A stretch of DNA of 64,000 nucleotides, taken from Mobula hypostoma. Lineage: Eukaryota. This document shows, one piece after another, positions 63,388-64,000 of the stretch; position 1 is the first letter of the stretch; every line of letters begins with the position of its first letter. A program made the position numbers and the translations under genes. The stretch covers positions 47,866,001 to 47,930,000 of the forward strand of contig NC_086097.1 in NCBI RefSeq assembly GCF_963921235.1, in the 5' to 3' direction. The notes under the pieces were generated by a model. It worked only from the letters and a program-made list of their open reading frames with translations, searched no databases and was not told the origin of the DNA.

Positions 63388-64000
63388 TGTCATGGTCTGG
63401 TCCGTGAAGTCTACATTCCGGTTCATGGTCCAGTCTGTGGACTCAGGACTCTGGATCTTCCAGCTGTCCCTTGTTTCGGTTGGGTTAATCATAGGCACCT
63501 GACTCCCATCTTGGGGCTTGGAATGTAAGTAGCCTAGGGGTTGAGTGTGGGCTGCTGGTTTGTCTTGTCAAGATCCCCTGGGAGCAACCTGCCGGAGGAA
63601 GGCTGGAGCAGCCACTTGCCATCTTTAGGCCGCGTTGGAGAAGCATCGCTTCATGGAGCCTTGCTGTCGGTAGTCGGAGCGGTCCTTGCGGTATGGATTC
63701 GGCCGTTTCCTGGGCCAGCTGAGGGGCCATCAGCCACTCCGAGATAGGTAGGGATCCGGCTGTTTCCATAGCCAGCTGAGATTGCTGGCCGTAACTGTGA
63801 CTCAGAGCAACCCCAATGCAGAGATAGAACTGTCTGTCATTCTTCGGTGTTTGTCTCTTCTTGTCCTCGCCTCCGTGGGGTAAGTCAGGCCATTCTGCAG
63901 TTGCCCTGCGGGGGGATCTGTCTTGTCTTGTCTTTGCCTCTGTTGGGTAAGTCCGGCCATTCTGCCGTTACCCGATGGATGGACCTGTCTCACCTTGATG
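63388..64000. mobile_element. Probable LTR start, running off the window
   Basis: Abrupt switch from a LINE tail to GC-richer sequence starting TGTCATGG, with an internal direct repeat GGGTAAGTC.GGCCATTCTGC. Confidence 0.5.

Overview
Eukaryotic, vertebrate-type genomic DNA made almost entirely of nested transposable elements. The repeat mix (CR1, Rex/Babar, L1, Nimb/I and RTE LINEs, Neptune-type Penelope elements, V-SINE-like SINEs, Ty3/Gypsy, Tc1, hAT) suggests a cartilaginous fish such as a ray; this is an inference. No intact host gene is recognisable, and most ORF-track entries are TE fragments or antisense shadows. Main structures: (1) two Gypsy LTR elements that lack a tRNA-type primer binding site and instead have a post-LTR sequence complementary to their own LTR, consistent with self-priming. 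One is sushi-like; the other is a full-length, non-chromodomain element with a 5-bp TSD whose empty site is visible in the window. (2) About ten Penelope 3' ends carrying minimal hammerhead ribozyme motifs, several in inverted head-to-head insertions, one flanked by a 14-bp TSD. (3) A two-round tandem duplication at ~33.6-59.0 kb with a ~2-kb homogenised tract and a 36-bp VNTR that arose inside a LINE zinc-knuckle. (4) Weak, speculative traces of host exons, including two microexon-like sites. All coordinates and identities were read by eye, and the ends of degenerate repeats are approximate.
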